From positions 6,572,001 through 6,636,000 of the forward strand of contig NC_043020.1 of the NCBI RefSeq assembly GCF_006345805.1: DNA of 64,000 nucleotides, read 5' to 3'. The notes beneath the pieces are model-generated. The model was given only the letters and a program-made list of their open reading frames with translations. It did not search any database and was not told where the DNA came from. Each line of letters begins with the position of its first letter. Position 1 is the stretch's first letter. The DNA comes from Octopus sinensis (lineage: Eukaryota). The position numbers were made by a program, and so were the translations under genes. This document shows positions 11,954 to 25,210 of the stretch, in pieces.

Positions 11954-14900
11954 TATATATATATACAAACACATACACATGATGGGCTTCTTTCAGTTTC
12001 CGTCTACCAAATCCACTCACAAGGCTTTGGTTGGCCTGAGGCTATAGTAGAAGACACTTGGCCAAGGTGTCATGCAGTGGGACTGAACCCAGAACCTTGT
12101 GGTTGAGAAGCAAGCTACTTACCACACAGCCACTCCTATGCCTGTTATGTTTAGGTCAATTAATTAATCAGACAGCTTAAGGAGAATACTTGACATTAAT
12201 TGGCTGCAGACGGCAACAGACCACGAACAGAATCAGTGAGAACATTAGATGCAGATGCTGGACCTGCATTGGACACATCCTCGTACAAGATCAAGAAAGT
12301 GATTGGATAGTGGAACTAAAGTGGTAACACGAGGGGGGAAAAAAGTGCAGCAGGGTGCACTAAAAGCACATGGTGAAGGACCATTGACAAAGAAAGGGGA
12401 CAAGAGGGGGTGGAGAAGCTGGAATCAGACTGGAACAGCGGAAGCAAACAGAGCTGATTGGGGAGATAGTGCTGTGGCCTTATGTGCTGCATGGCACAGG
12501 GAGTACTAACTTACTAATTATCCAGGCAAGACCAGTCTAAGGGTCTCTAAGGTCCATTAGACCAGGCTGACATAGTTGAAAGGGATGTGCGATGTGTGAA
12601 ATATACTTACCTTATGGTAGCGACCACTGAGCTTTTTCCGCAACGCTATGGCTTTCTTGCCATAAGAAATGGCTTTCCTTAGATCAGGAAGCTGGCTCGG
12701 AGACACAAAATCATTCAGTTTCAATTTCTGGGTTAATAAAAACAAAAATATATATTGCACACTCACACAAGGGATGAATGCCAAGACTTCAGTTTAAAAA
12801 AGGGAAAAGAGAGTACATGATACTTAAACCAGTATTTATATATCTATCTAGATCAGTGGTTTCCAACCAGGGTTCCGTGGAACCTTAGGGTTTTGCCAGT
12901 ACAGTCCAGGGGTTCCGCAAGAAGTTACAAAACTGCTAAAATCGGCAGTAATTTTTAATTCTCCTGTGCAGATATGTGTGCATAAGACTATTAAATTATT
13001 ACACAGGGGTTCCTCGAGCCATTGGAATGTTTCCTTGGGGTTCCGCTCCAGCAAAAAGGTTGAAAAGCACTGGTCTAGATAGAGAGAGAGAGATGAACTG
13101 ATTGATACACATACATATATATATATATGTGTGTGTTCCTGAAACTTCAACAGGTTTGTGTTTTTAGATGCCTAAAATGGTTCTTCTGCAATGAAACTGC
13201 TCGCTCTCACGCACATACATACATACACATATTAGAAATATTGCATTTCTAAATCTCTCAGAGAGATTTATACAGTAGCAGCACGATAAAGTAATGGTTT
13301 GTTGTCAACTTAATGTGGCAATCCCAGGAAAGGGAAGAATGCTACTGCTAATTTAGCCCCAGGAAACATCGTTTTCAGTTGGCTATGTGACACATCCGTA
13401 CTGTGTCCTTATGTTTTCAAACAGGGGAGATAAGCACCACCACACAGTGTTTCTTGGGGCTAAATAGCAATAGCATTCTTCCCTTTCCTGCGACTGCCAC
13501 ATTAAGTTGGCAACAAACCATCACTTTATATATATATATCAGGGTTATAGGTAAGGTAAATGATACCCAAGGTAAGCATCAATATGAAAAGAGTAAAAGA
13601 GAGGGAATTAAAAAGACAATGATTTTCCATCTGCAAACTCCACTCAGAAGGTTTTGTTTGATTAGTCACAGAGTAGAAGGTGCATTGCAGTGGAACGGAT
13701 CTTGGAACCATGTAGTTAGGAAGCAAACTGCTTTACCACACAGTCACGTGTGCGTATGTGGGTGTGTGTGTGTGTGAGTAGAGAGAGAGATATATACAGA
13801 AACAAACCTCATCATAAATCTCAGCCATCAATGCATACAACTCCACCATCCGATGGTTGCGTGCACCTAATTCTTTCTCTTCAATTTTCATAGCAGTTTT
13901 CAGCAATTCCAGCGCCTCATGGTTTTTACCAGCTTGAATCCTTTTCAAAGAGAAACCATAACGATTACCACAGTTTTGCCACACAGATTTACATTTGGCA
14001 GCAATTACAAAAAAGACCGTCTTGTCATGCATGCATATGCTTAACAAAGACTTTCACATAGCTTAAATTCTGAATTAATACAGGCATCTAAGTGATTTAT
14101 TATTAAATATAATAATATAGACTATATACATGTTTTTAAGTTACGAAACAATTTGTTGTGATATTCAAATTTTTATTATTGTTTAATAAAATTTCATCAA
14201 AGTATTTCTCAGTCACTTACGACTACATACATGTATGTATGTGCTTTAATATTTTGCCAAGACAACAATACTAAGAACCTAGAGTTAGAACTCAATATAC
14301 ATAATGCTTTAGAACAAAGTGTCAGTCGAGATAACAACGGAACAGGGAATTGGGTAATGAACTTCATAAGCTTACAACTGTTTCTGCCGTGCAGTTGACA
14401 AGTGGTGACAGTAGGGGTCAAACGCAGACACAAAGAGACATACATACACACATATATATATTCATATATATACATACATACATATATATTCATATATATA
14501 GATACATATATATTCATATATATACATACATACATATATATTCATATATATACATACATATACATTCATATACATACATACATACATATATATTCATATA
14601 TATATATTCATATATATACATACATACATATACATACATACATACACACACATATATATATATATATATGACAGGCTTCTTTCAGTTTCCATCTACCACA
14701 TCCACTCACAAGGTTTTGGTCAGTGGACTGAACCTGGAACCATGTGGTAGGGAAGCAAGCTTCTTACCACACACCCACACCTGTGCCTATATATATATAT
14801 ATATAGAGAGAGAGATAGATAGATATAGATATATAAAAGTATTAAGGTTGAATCATTTGACAAAAACCTTTCAAGGCAGTGTGCCCCAGCATGGCCACAG

Positions 14901-17727
14901 CCCAATGACAGAAGCAAGTAAAAGCTTAAGATAACATACATGTACAACCCCCTCACACACACACAAAATGGAAAAAAAAAAAAAAACAGAACTGGAAAAT
15001 AACATTCTTAGACTCACACAACTCTGCAGACTTTTTCGTATCGGATGGAGACCAATTCTTCCATGATGTTTTCTTCTTCTTCGAATTCACTGAGTGCTTT
15101 TTCGTATGCACTGACCATCGCATTGGCGGTACCGACCTGAAGAGAGACACACACAGAAGACAAATGTGATATTGTGGAGACAAACAGAACCAGAATAGAA
15201 TGTCTTTCTTTAAGTAACGCAACAAAACTAATAAGTCTCGGTGATTGTTTTTAGGCTTGGACACAGAAGTCTGTAATTGATCGTTAGACAGTAATTAAGA
15301 ACGGGCATTGCTATGGAGTTAAGAAGTTCACTTTCTGAATTTTGTAGTTCTGAGTTCAGTTCCATTGTGCGGCACCTTGAGGCAAGAATCTTCTATTATA
15401 TCATAGGCTGACTAAAGCCTTATGAGTGGATTTGGTAAATGGAGACTGTGTGGAACCCAGGTTTGCCATTTCTAAAAGCCAAGAATCACTTCCTGTTGAA
15501 AGAACTGACCAGCTGCAAAGATGTCAACACATTTTTTTTCTTCTTTCTCTCCCTTTCCTTCTCTTTTCCATTGACACTCTTTTCAGATACATACACACAC
15601 ACACACGCACACACACACGCACACACACACACGCACACACTCTCTCTCTCTCTCTCACTGGACAATGATAAAAAGAAATCCAGACAATTTTTTGAAAAAT
15701 GACTTTTATCAAAACAAGAAAATCCCCCCTTGGAGTAACCACTTGGATTTGCCATTTTTAAAGGCCAAGCATCACTTTCTATTGAAAGAACTGACCAACT
15801 GCAAAGATGTCAACACATATTTTTCTTCTTTCTCTCTTCCTTCTTTCTTTCCTTATCTTTTCCATTGACACCCCTTTCAGATACAAAAGCACACACACAC
15901 ACGCACTCTCACTTTCTCCCCATTCCTCACCCTCTTGTACTATCCTATATCTCTCTCTACCCCTACACACTCAATAATACTATAAAAAGAGACAAAATTC
16001 CTGAAAAGTTCAATCTGACGACTCCACTAGAGTGGATGCAAGCGCTAATATATGATTTATGAAAACATGTGACATATTAATAAATATCTGTAAAACCATC
16101 CAGATTTCTGAGTACCTTATTTCTTCTAATATATAATACCTGTACATCACCTCCAAACCTTCCAATATACATATACATACATACATGGCGGCTGCCCCCT
16201 CGTTATCGAGTATGGCCATAGCACGAAGCTTAATCAATGTTGTTATCGTGCAATGCCTGTGCACGAAGATTTTTTTAAAGTGAGGAAAGGCTGTGCACTG
16301 AGTCAATCCCACTCACAAAGCAACAGCAGCCATAATCCGAAAAGAAGAACAAGTCAACATCATTAGTAACCACTGAGCCGCAGGTTTTATGTCGGTGTTA
16401 TCCCAGTTACCTGAGTTACCTTCTCCTAGAAGGATGCCCTAACAAAGGCTAGGAGTCCTTCACTCCCAATGGTTTAACCGCGCGATCAGGTATTCAGTCC
16501 GATTATTTCTATGTCCCCGCGCATGATACAGCCTTAAGACCTTTATTGGATGGCCGTTGACTCTCAAGAGTTCCTCCACCCTCTGACGGGTTTTGATTTT
16601 CATCCCGCAGGGTGTTCAATAAACACCCTCCTCACCAAGCAAGCTTGGTGGGGTTGCCAGTTTAGTCGTCAACAACCCGACCATGCAACAGGTTGTACTG
16701 GGTTACATATATATACATACACACACACATACAGAGTGGCCTGTAAGTTCCTACCCGTCAACATGTTATTACATTATATTCAATTATGCATGTATTATAA
16801 TTTTTTTCTTTTTTCCATGTTGCAACAATGGTTTATACCGAAACTCAAACTTGGAACCAGAGAGAAGATTTGGTTTCAACAAGACAGAGCTCCGGCTCAT
16901 TATCTCAAAGACACTCTTCCAGACAAATGGACAGGTTGTGGTTCAGTAACATCCCCGGCGCCCATGAAACAACCTGCAAGAAGTCCGGATTAGACAACAT
17001 ATGATAAACTCTCTTTGGGGACATGTAAAGGATGTTGTGTCTGAATAATGTCAATGATGGAACTGGAGGCAGCTGTGACTGCAACATTTGGAACAATGAC
17101 CCCTGCTGTGTTGAGGGCATCCCATAATATTGTGCAGCGAGGATGAGGAACTGCACACACATACACTGGATACAAAAGATGTATGAATGAGTAGGGACTT
17201 ATGGGCCACTCCATGTGTGTGTGTGTGTATGTGTATATATATGATCATCGTGGTTTAACGTCCGTTTTCTATGCTGGCATGGGTTGGACGGTTTGACTGA
17301 GGTCTGGTGAGCCGGCAGCTACACCAGGTTCCAATCTGATCTGGCAGAGTTTCTACAGCTGGATGCCCTTCCTAATGCCAACCACTCCGTGAGTGTAATG
17401 GGTGCTTTTAAAGTGCCACCGGCACGAGGGCCAGTCAGGCAGTACTGGTAACGGCCATGCTCAGATGGTGCTTTTTATGTGCCACCTGCACAGGAGCCAG
17501 TCCAGCGGTACTGGCAACGAAATCACTCAAATGTTTTTTCACGTACCAGTAATGCAATTCAGGTAACAATCACGCTCAGATGGTGCATTTTATGTGTCAC
17601 TGGCACGGAAGCCAGTTTGTTGCTCTGGCAACGATCACGCTTGGATGGAGCTCTTAGCACTCCACTAGTCATCGAATTTGATTTTACCTGCCTCAATAAG
17701 TCTTCGCAAGCAGAGTTTAGTTTATAT

Positions 17728-17761
<34 letters not shown>

Positions 17762-20700
17762 CCCCTTGTCTTGACATTGTGTGATTGTTGTAAATGAAGG
17801 TTATTTCCAATATTCTGTGAAAACCTGTCTGGCCATGGGGGAAATGTTACTTTGCTTGGAAACAGGTGAGGATTGGTGACAGGAAGGGCATCCAGCCGTA
17901 GAACATTTGTCTCAAAAAACTCCATCTGACCCATGTAAGGATGGGAAAGTGGACATTAAAAGCAATGAAGACTGTCCTTTGGATGAAGGAATAATGAATG
18001 AAAGCATTTGTGCATGTATATGTGTGTGTATGAGCATGTGTGTGTGTATGTGTGAGCATGTGTGTGTGTGAGCATGTGTGTGTGTGAGCATGTGTGTGTG
18101 TGAGCATGTATGTGTGTGTGTGAGCATGTGTGAACATGTGTATGAGCATGTGTGTGTGAGCATGTATGTGTGTACGAGCATGTGTGTGTGAGCGAGAATG
18201 TGTGTGTGTGTGTGTGTGTGAGCATGTATGTTTGTGTATGAGCATGTGTGTGTGAGTATGTGTGTGAGAGCGAGCATGTGTGTGTGAGCATGTATGTGTG
18301 TGTGTGTGTGTGTGTGTGAGGATGTATGTGTGTGAGCGAGCATGTGTGTGTGTGTGTGAGCATGTATGTGTGTGTACGAGCATGCATGTGTGTGTGTGTG
18401 TGTGTGTGTGAAAGAGAGAGAGAGAGGATGATGTGGATAGACCAACACACTGACATAACAGATAGAGACATACACATCGAGACACAGCAGAGGGACACAC
18501 AGACAGATGATGAGAACGTTCCCTACCTTTCTCCAGAGAGACAACAAAACGGAGCTGTATTCTTCATGATAAAGGACATCAAAGATACGCCAATCACAGA
18601 GACATTTGGATAATCGGTAAGTGTCATCAAGACAGACCAGTTGGTAGGGATATTCCTGGCAGGAGAAGCAGAGAGCATCACTGACATTAGCAACAACATT
18701 ATAATACCTTTTAGAATCAATGAAATGGCAAACAGACATTAAATGGTGAGGACAATATCTTTCATTTCTCAGGATTATTTTGTTGGAGAATCAAGTGAAA
18801 AGTAAAAAAAAAAAAAAAAAAAAAAAAGATTTAAACAAAATGTCCTTACTTCTATCATACGGTCTGTATTCGGTGTATTTTGGAAAAAGTCTGCAAGTTT
18901 CTTGTGCCACCAATAATACGATTGACCTTTATCAAGTTCACTTTCTTCTGGCTCGAAATAGCTGAAGTAAAATAAAGAAAATAAAATAAAAAAAAAAAAA
19001 ACCCAAAAAATTCAACAACAACAACAACAATAGTAGCAATAAATCTGTTTATCAAGGTTGATATTAGGAAGAACAACCCATGCTAGCATGGAAAGCAGAT
19101 GTTAAATAATGATGATGATGATGATGATGATGAAGCGAGTATACTTCACTGGGTTAAGAACATAAGCGGAGGTGTGGCTGTGTGGTAAGAAGCTTGCTTC
19201 TCAACCACATGGTCCTGGGTTCAGTCCCACTGTGTGGCACCTTGGCCAAATGTCTTCTGCTATAGCCTCAGGCTCACCAAAGCCTTGTGACTGGATTTGG
19301 TAGATGGAAACTAAAAGAAGCCTGTCGTATATATTTTCTATCTTGTTTCAGTCATTAGACTGTGGCCATGCTGGAGCACCACCTTGAAGGATTTTAGTTA
19401 AATGAACTGACATCATTATCTTTTCTCTTTAAAACCTGGTACTTATTATATCGGTCTCTTTTGCTGAACTGCTAAGTTACAGGGATGTAAACACATCACC
19501 ATTTGTCAAGCAGTGATTGGGGACAAACACAGACAAAAAGATACACACACATGTATATATATGTATATACGACAAGCTTCTTTTTAGTTTCTGTCTTCCA
19601 GATCCACTCACAAGGCTTTGGTCGGCCCGAGGTTATAGTAGAAGACACTTTTACTTCATTCATTATATATATATGTGTGTGTGTGTGTGTACACACATGC
19701 CTACAGCAGGGTAGCGTCATTTGAAGGCTAAAACGATGCAAAAAGCTCACTGTGACCAGCAATGTGTAACAACATCTGATATCCTGGTCAGTCACATGAT
19801 ATATATATATACACACACACACACGTATGTGAGCATGTGTCTATGCGTGTGTGTGTCATCATCATCATCATCGTTTAACATCCGTTTTCCATGCTAGCAT
19901 GGGTTGGACAGTTTTGACTGAGGGCTGGCAAACCAGAAGGCTGTACCAGGCTCCAGTCTTGATCTGGCAGAGTTTCTGCAGCTGGATGCCCTTCCTAACG
20001 CCAACCACTCCGAGAGTGTAGTGGGTGCTTTTTACATGCCACCTTCACGGGGGCCAGTCAGGCGGTACTGGCAATGACCTCGCTCGAATCTTTTTACACG
20101 TGCCACCGACACAGGTGCCAGTGAAGTGACGTTGGTAATGCTCACGCTCGAATGGTGCCCTTTCACATGCCACGGGTATGGAAGCCAGTTGGTTGCTCTG
20201 ACACACACACACACACACGCAGGTGTAGGCATGGCTGTGTGGTTTGGCAAGTTTGCTCCCCAACCACATGGCCCTGGGTTCAGTCTCACTGCATGGCATC
20301 TCTGAAAAATGTCTTCTTTGGTAGGTAGAAACAAAGAAGCCCATTGTATATATTACCAGCATTTTGTGTTTATGTCCAGTAACTTGGAAGTTTGGCAAAA
20401 GAGACCAATAGAATAAGTATCAAGTTTAAATTGTAAGTACTGGGGTCAATTCATTCAACAAGGCAATGCTCCAGCATGGCCATATTCTAATGACTGTAAC
20501 AAGTAAAAAGGTAAAAGAAATGAAATATATACGTATATATATATACATACACACACATAAGTAAGCATACACACATGTATAAACAAATGCACATACACAC
20601 ACAGACAACAGTCTATCACTTAAAGTCCTTTGTACTACCCGCCACTACTACAGGTTTCGCAACCAAATACACCTTCAACAAACCGAACCGTAGAAAGTAG

Positions 20701-22065
20701 TGTCTGTTGTTAGGATAAGATGAGAAGGAACTTGTTACTCACATTTTTCTCACAGCTTTGCTCACTGCCCGATGGTAGAAGTCAATCCTTCCTTCCTTGC
20801 TGTCTCCATACGGTCGTAGAAATGGTTTCAGGGTTGAATAAACTTCTTGCCATTTCTCTTCTGGCAAGCTCTGGCAGTGCTTGGTACTTTCTTTCTCAGA
20901 ACTTTCTTTTTCTTCTGCATATGTAAAACATATATATATATAAAGTTAATTCAAACAAGAAAGCACAAAAAAAACACAACAACGCGAGGACGTGGAACAA
21001 ATATAGTATTATTGGATGCTCAGGAAAGATCTAGAGAAGGGAAGACAGAGGAATACACACACACACACGCATACATAAACGCATATACATTACATATGTA
21101 CAAATACTTAAACACATGCATAGACATAGATACACAAAAACATACATACATACATACACAAAATTTGTATGCAACATGATTGTAACAACTGAAGTTGTGA
21201 CACAGAAATTACAAAGAGAGAGAGAGTAGTGGTGAGAGGGAGAATGAAGAAGAAAAGAGAGGAGAAGACAACAGTGAAAGGAAAAGAAAGACAGAAAGAG
21301 TGAGAGAATGGAGAAAAAGATGGTCTGACCTTTTTCGTCAAAAGGTGATGGAGGCATAAGGGTGGCCTCGTTCCCCAATATCTGACGTAGTTCAGACTCC
21401 AAGAGTCCGACAGAAGAAGCTTCTAGAAGACAAAGTGTTGCAGTGATGAGGTTGCCTTGTGGAGTGTTTTCCAGTCTGGTCAAAACCTCAGCCAACAGAC
21501 TGGACACACGGTTTCCGAAAGAGAGAAAAACAAAGAGAGAGAGAAATATAATTAATACACATACACATATCTTGTCACTGGCATTTAATTTCCCCTTCTT
21601 CTGTACTTGCGAAGGTCAGAGTTTATAGAAGTTTATAGAAGTAGATTTTCTATATATATATATATAATATATATATATATATTATATATATATATATAAA
21701 ATGAGATAGGGGTTGTAAATTCAACCCTCTGATTGGGTATTATCTGATAGTTGATGATTGATTTAGATATATTTCTCCATTTTCTCATTTTGTATATATA
21801 TATATATATATTTCTTCTAATATATTTATTTGGATGTACAAGACATCAGAATAGATGGATTAGTATCAGACCCACAAACAGAGAATACCAAAAATACAGA
21901 AAACATCGAAAAGAATGGAACAGAATCAGACCCACAGCAGGCTTATATATGATGTATAAAAACATGTAATATACAAATAAATATCTGTAAATATAAAACC
22001 ATTCGAATTTCTGAGTACCCCATTTCTTCTAATATAAAATACCTGTACATCATCTCCAAACCTTC

Positions 22066-22101
<36 letters not shown>

Positions 22102-25081
22102 GTAAATATAATATTTGACAATTATTCGGTAGCCATGATAAAACTCTGAATTCTGGATGTTGGGGCGGAAACCCACACTGCCATCTCTTCAGTTATCCAG
22201 CCATCAAAAAAATTTTTCTGATGGCCAGATAACTCAAGAGATGACAGCGTGGGTTTTTGTCCCAACATCTGAAACTCAGAGGTTTATCATGGCTACTGAA
22301 TAATTGTCACATATTATATATGTACAAATAAATTCCCCTATTTACATAATATCGAGGTCTCTTTCATTCTTTTGTTGTCTTACCATTTCTATCAATATAT
22401 ATATATATATATACACACACACATGTTTAAGTTGTCTAAGAGTCCATACGTCAGGAAAAAAGGTACTCGTATATCTGTCAATAAAATGGGTATATTAAAG
22501 TGTAGAGCATTATATATCCATTACGGCTGCTCTTACCAATCAGTTTCACACTAGGGGTTCAACAGGGTGTTAGGTAACAGTCTGATTATGCAACCCTGCA
22601 CTCATCAGAGGTAACAGTTATGGACTGAAATATGGTGACTGCAGTCACTGTATTACATAACTGGATTGCTACCTAACATTCCGATTGGAGGGAAACCAAC
22701 CGGTAAGATTGGCCATAATGGATATATAATAATGTACACTTCAATTAATATATATATATGATAGTTTAGGTAGACAGTGATGTAATATGATTTGTTTTAG
22801 GGTCTGGAGGAAGGGGCCAGGGGGAGTTTTGACAATAACGTAAAGCGACTTACTTGAGCAAACCATTTGGGAGATCGTTAATCTTTTGATTAATTTCACC
22901 ATTATTTACATGTTTCAATTCCTCGCAAGCTACAGCAAGCCAGAGAGGGTTTTCGGACGATTCTTTGGTCATCAGATCATTTAACTGGTCATCAGATAAA
23001 CAAATTTCGTTCCCTACATCGGACTGCAACAAATCCCGAGCCATATCCTGTATGGGTGGGGAGAAAGGAAAACATAAAAAGGGGTCAGTTTTTACAGCTT
23101 CAGTGTATCTTTGTGGTAGGGTTGGATCTTTTCGGTTTGAACGGCAGTTTTTTAAAATAATTTCCACGTAACTAAACACTTTTAAACTTCGTATACTGGT
23201 AGAATGTGTTTATAAAACATCTTTTTTCTTTTGGCTTTATTGTGAAAATTCTATATTTTGTAAGATATTTGTTGTTTTTTTTCTTCAATTTCTGCAATTT
23301 CAAACCATCAACCAATCATGACGTCTATTGAGGTGAAAACATTCTGTGCCGTATGAATATGTCCCTCGTTTAAGAAACAGATTGGGTATATTTACATTCT
23401 GAAGAAAAAAAGATACCCTTCCCCCCACCCCTAACCCTAACACAGATTGAAATGCAATAGATCGATACTAGGGTCATAATTATGGGTGACAATTTCATAT
23501 GACACAGCTAGAAAAACTGCCGTTCAAACCGAAAAGATCCCTAGGGTTAACTGTCTCAACAGCGTCTCAAGGTAGGGTTAATTGCCTCAACATAGTGTCA
23601 CAAGGTATGGTTCTCTGTCTCAGTCTCAATAGTGTCACCAAATAGGATTAACTGTCTCAACATAGTGTTTGGAAGTTAGGTTAACTGTCTAGACCAGTGG
23701 TTTTCAACCAGGGTTCCGCCAGTACAGTCTAGGGGCTCCGCAAGAAGTTACAAAACTGCTAAAATCGGCAGTAATTTTTAAGTCTCCTGTGCAGATATGT
23801 GTGCATAAGACTATTAAATTATTGCACAGGGGTTCCTCGAGCCATTGGAATGTTTCCTTGGGGTTCCGCTCCAGCAAAAAGGTTGAAAAGCACTGGTCTA
23901 GACAGTGTCTGGAGGTAGGGTTAACTGCCTCAAGATTGTCTCGGGGGGGGGGGGGTAATTGCCTCAACATAGTGTCACATGGTATGGTTCACTGCCTCAA
24001 CAATGTCATGAAGGTTAACTGTCTCAGCATAGGGTTTGGAGGAAGTGTAACGGTCTCAACAGTGTCTGGATGTAGGAGACCGCCTCTGTGTCACGAGGTA
24101 GGGTTAACTGCCTCAACATAGTGTTTGGAGGCAGGGGTGTCACAAAGTAGGGTAATGACATGCATAAGATCTGGTCATCAAATCTAAGTAGAGACTTCAA
24201 ACTTGAAATCTTCAAAGCCACAGTCGAACCAATTCTACTATATGGCTCAGAAACCTGGACGTTATCAAAGAAGCTTGAGAGGCAGTTGGATGGAACCTAC
24301 ACTCGCCTCCTTATGAGAGCTCAAAATCTCTCGTGGAGGCGCCATCCAACTAAAATGCAAATATATGGGAAACTACCACCTGTGTCATCTCTTGTGAAAG
24401 GTAGGAGAGTCCAGTTTGCTGGACATTGTTGTAGAGCTGAAAAAGAAGTAATTTCTACTCTTCTCCTCTGGAAGCCATCTACTCGCAACACCAGAGGGCG
24501 CACACTCTCCTACCCTGATGTAATCTCTAGGGATACAGACATCCAGCAACAGGACCTCCGTAATGCTATGATGGACCGTGAAGTCTGGCGCAACATGGTA
24601 AATTCCATTGTCTCGACCACGGTCGAACAATGATGATGATGATGGAGGCAGGGGTGTCACAAGGTAGGATTAACTGCCTCAACATAGTGTTTGGAGGCAG
24701 GGGTGTCACAAGGTAGGGTTAACTGCCTCAACATAGTGTTTGGAGGCAGGGGTGTCACAAGGTAGGGTTAACTGCCTCAACATAGTGTTTGGAGGCAGGG
24801 GTGTCACAAAGTAGGGTTAACTGCCTCAACATAGTGTTTGGAGGCAGGGGTGTCACAAGGTAGGGTTAACTGCCTCAATATAGTGTTTGGAGGCAGGGGT
24901 GTCACAAGGTAGGGTTAACTGTCTCAACATAGCNNNNNNNNNNNNNNNNNNNNNNNNNNNNNNNNNNNNNNNNNNNNNNNNNNNNNNNNNNNNNNNNNNN
25001 NNNNNNNNNNNNNNNNNNNNNNNNNNNNNNNNNTATATATACTATATATATATATATACATTATTATATCCATATATATAC

Positions 25082-25112
<31 letters not shown>

Positions 25113-25165
25113 CATCTATATATATATATATATATATATAGTATCTATATATATATATATTACAT

Positions 25166-25210
<45 letters not shown>

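Larger units (their letters stand above)
23543..24933. repeat. 49-bp minisatellite (regular at 24644-24933, degenerate to the left), running into the gap
   Basis: Unit ggaggcaggggtgtcacaaggtagggttaactgcctcaacatagtgttt; aaggtagg at 24661 and 24710. Confidence 0.9.

Noticed and set aside
16170-16720. Non-simple 550-bp segment resembling a LINE untranslated region
   Set aside because: Single copy in the window and no ORF; I could not assign it with confidence.
22560-22612. Minus-strand CTGATGA followed by a hairpin
   Set aside because: No GAAA and no 3' stem I strand.
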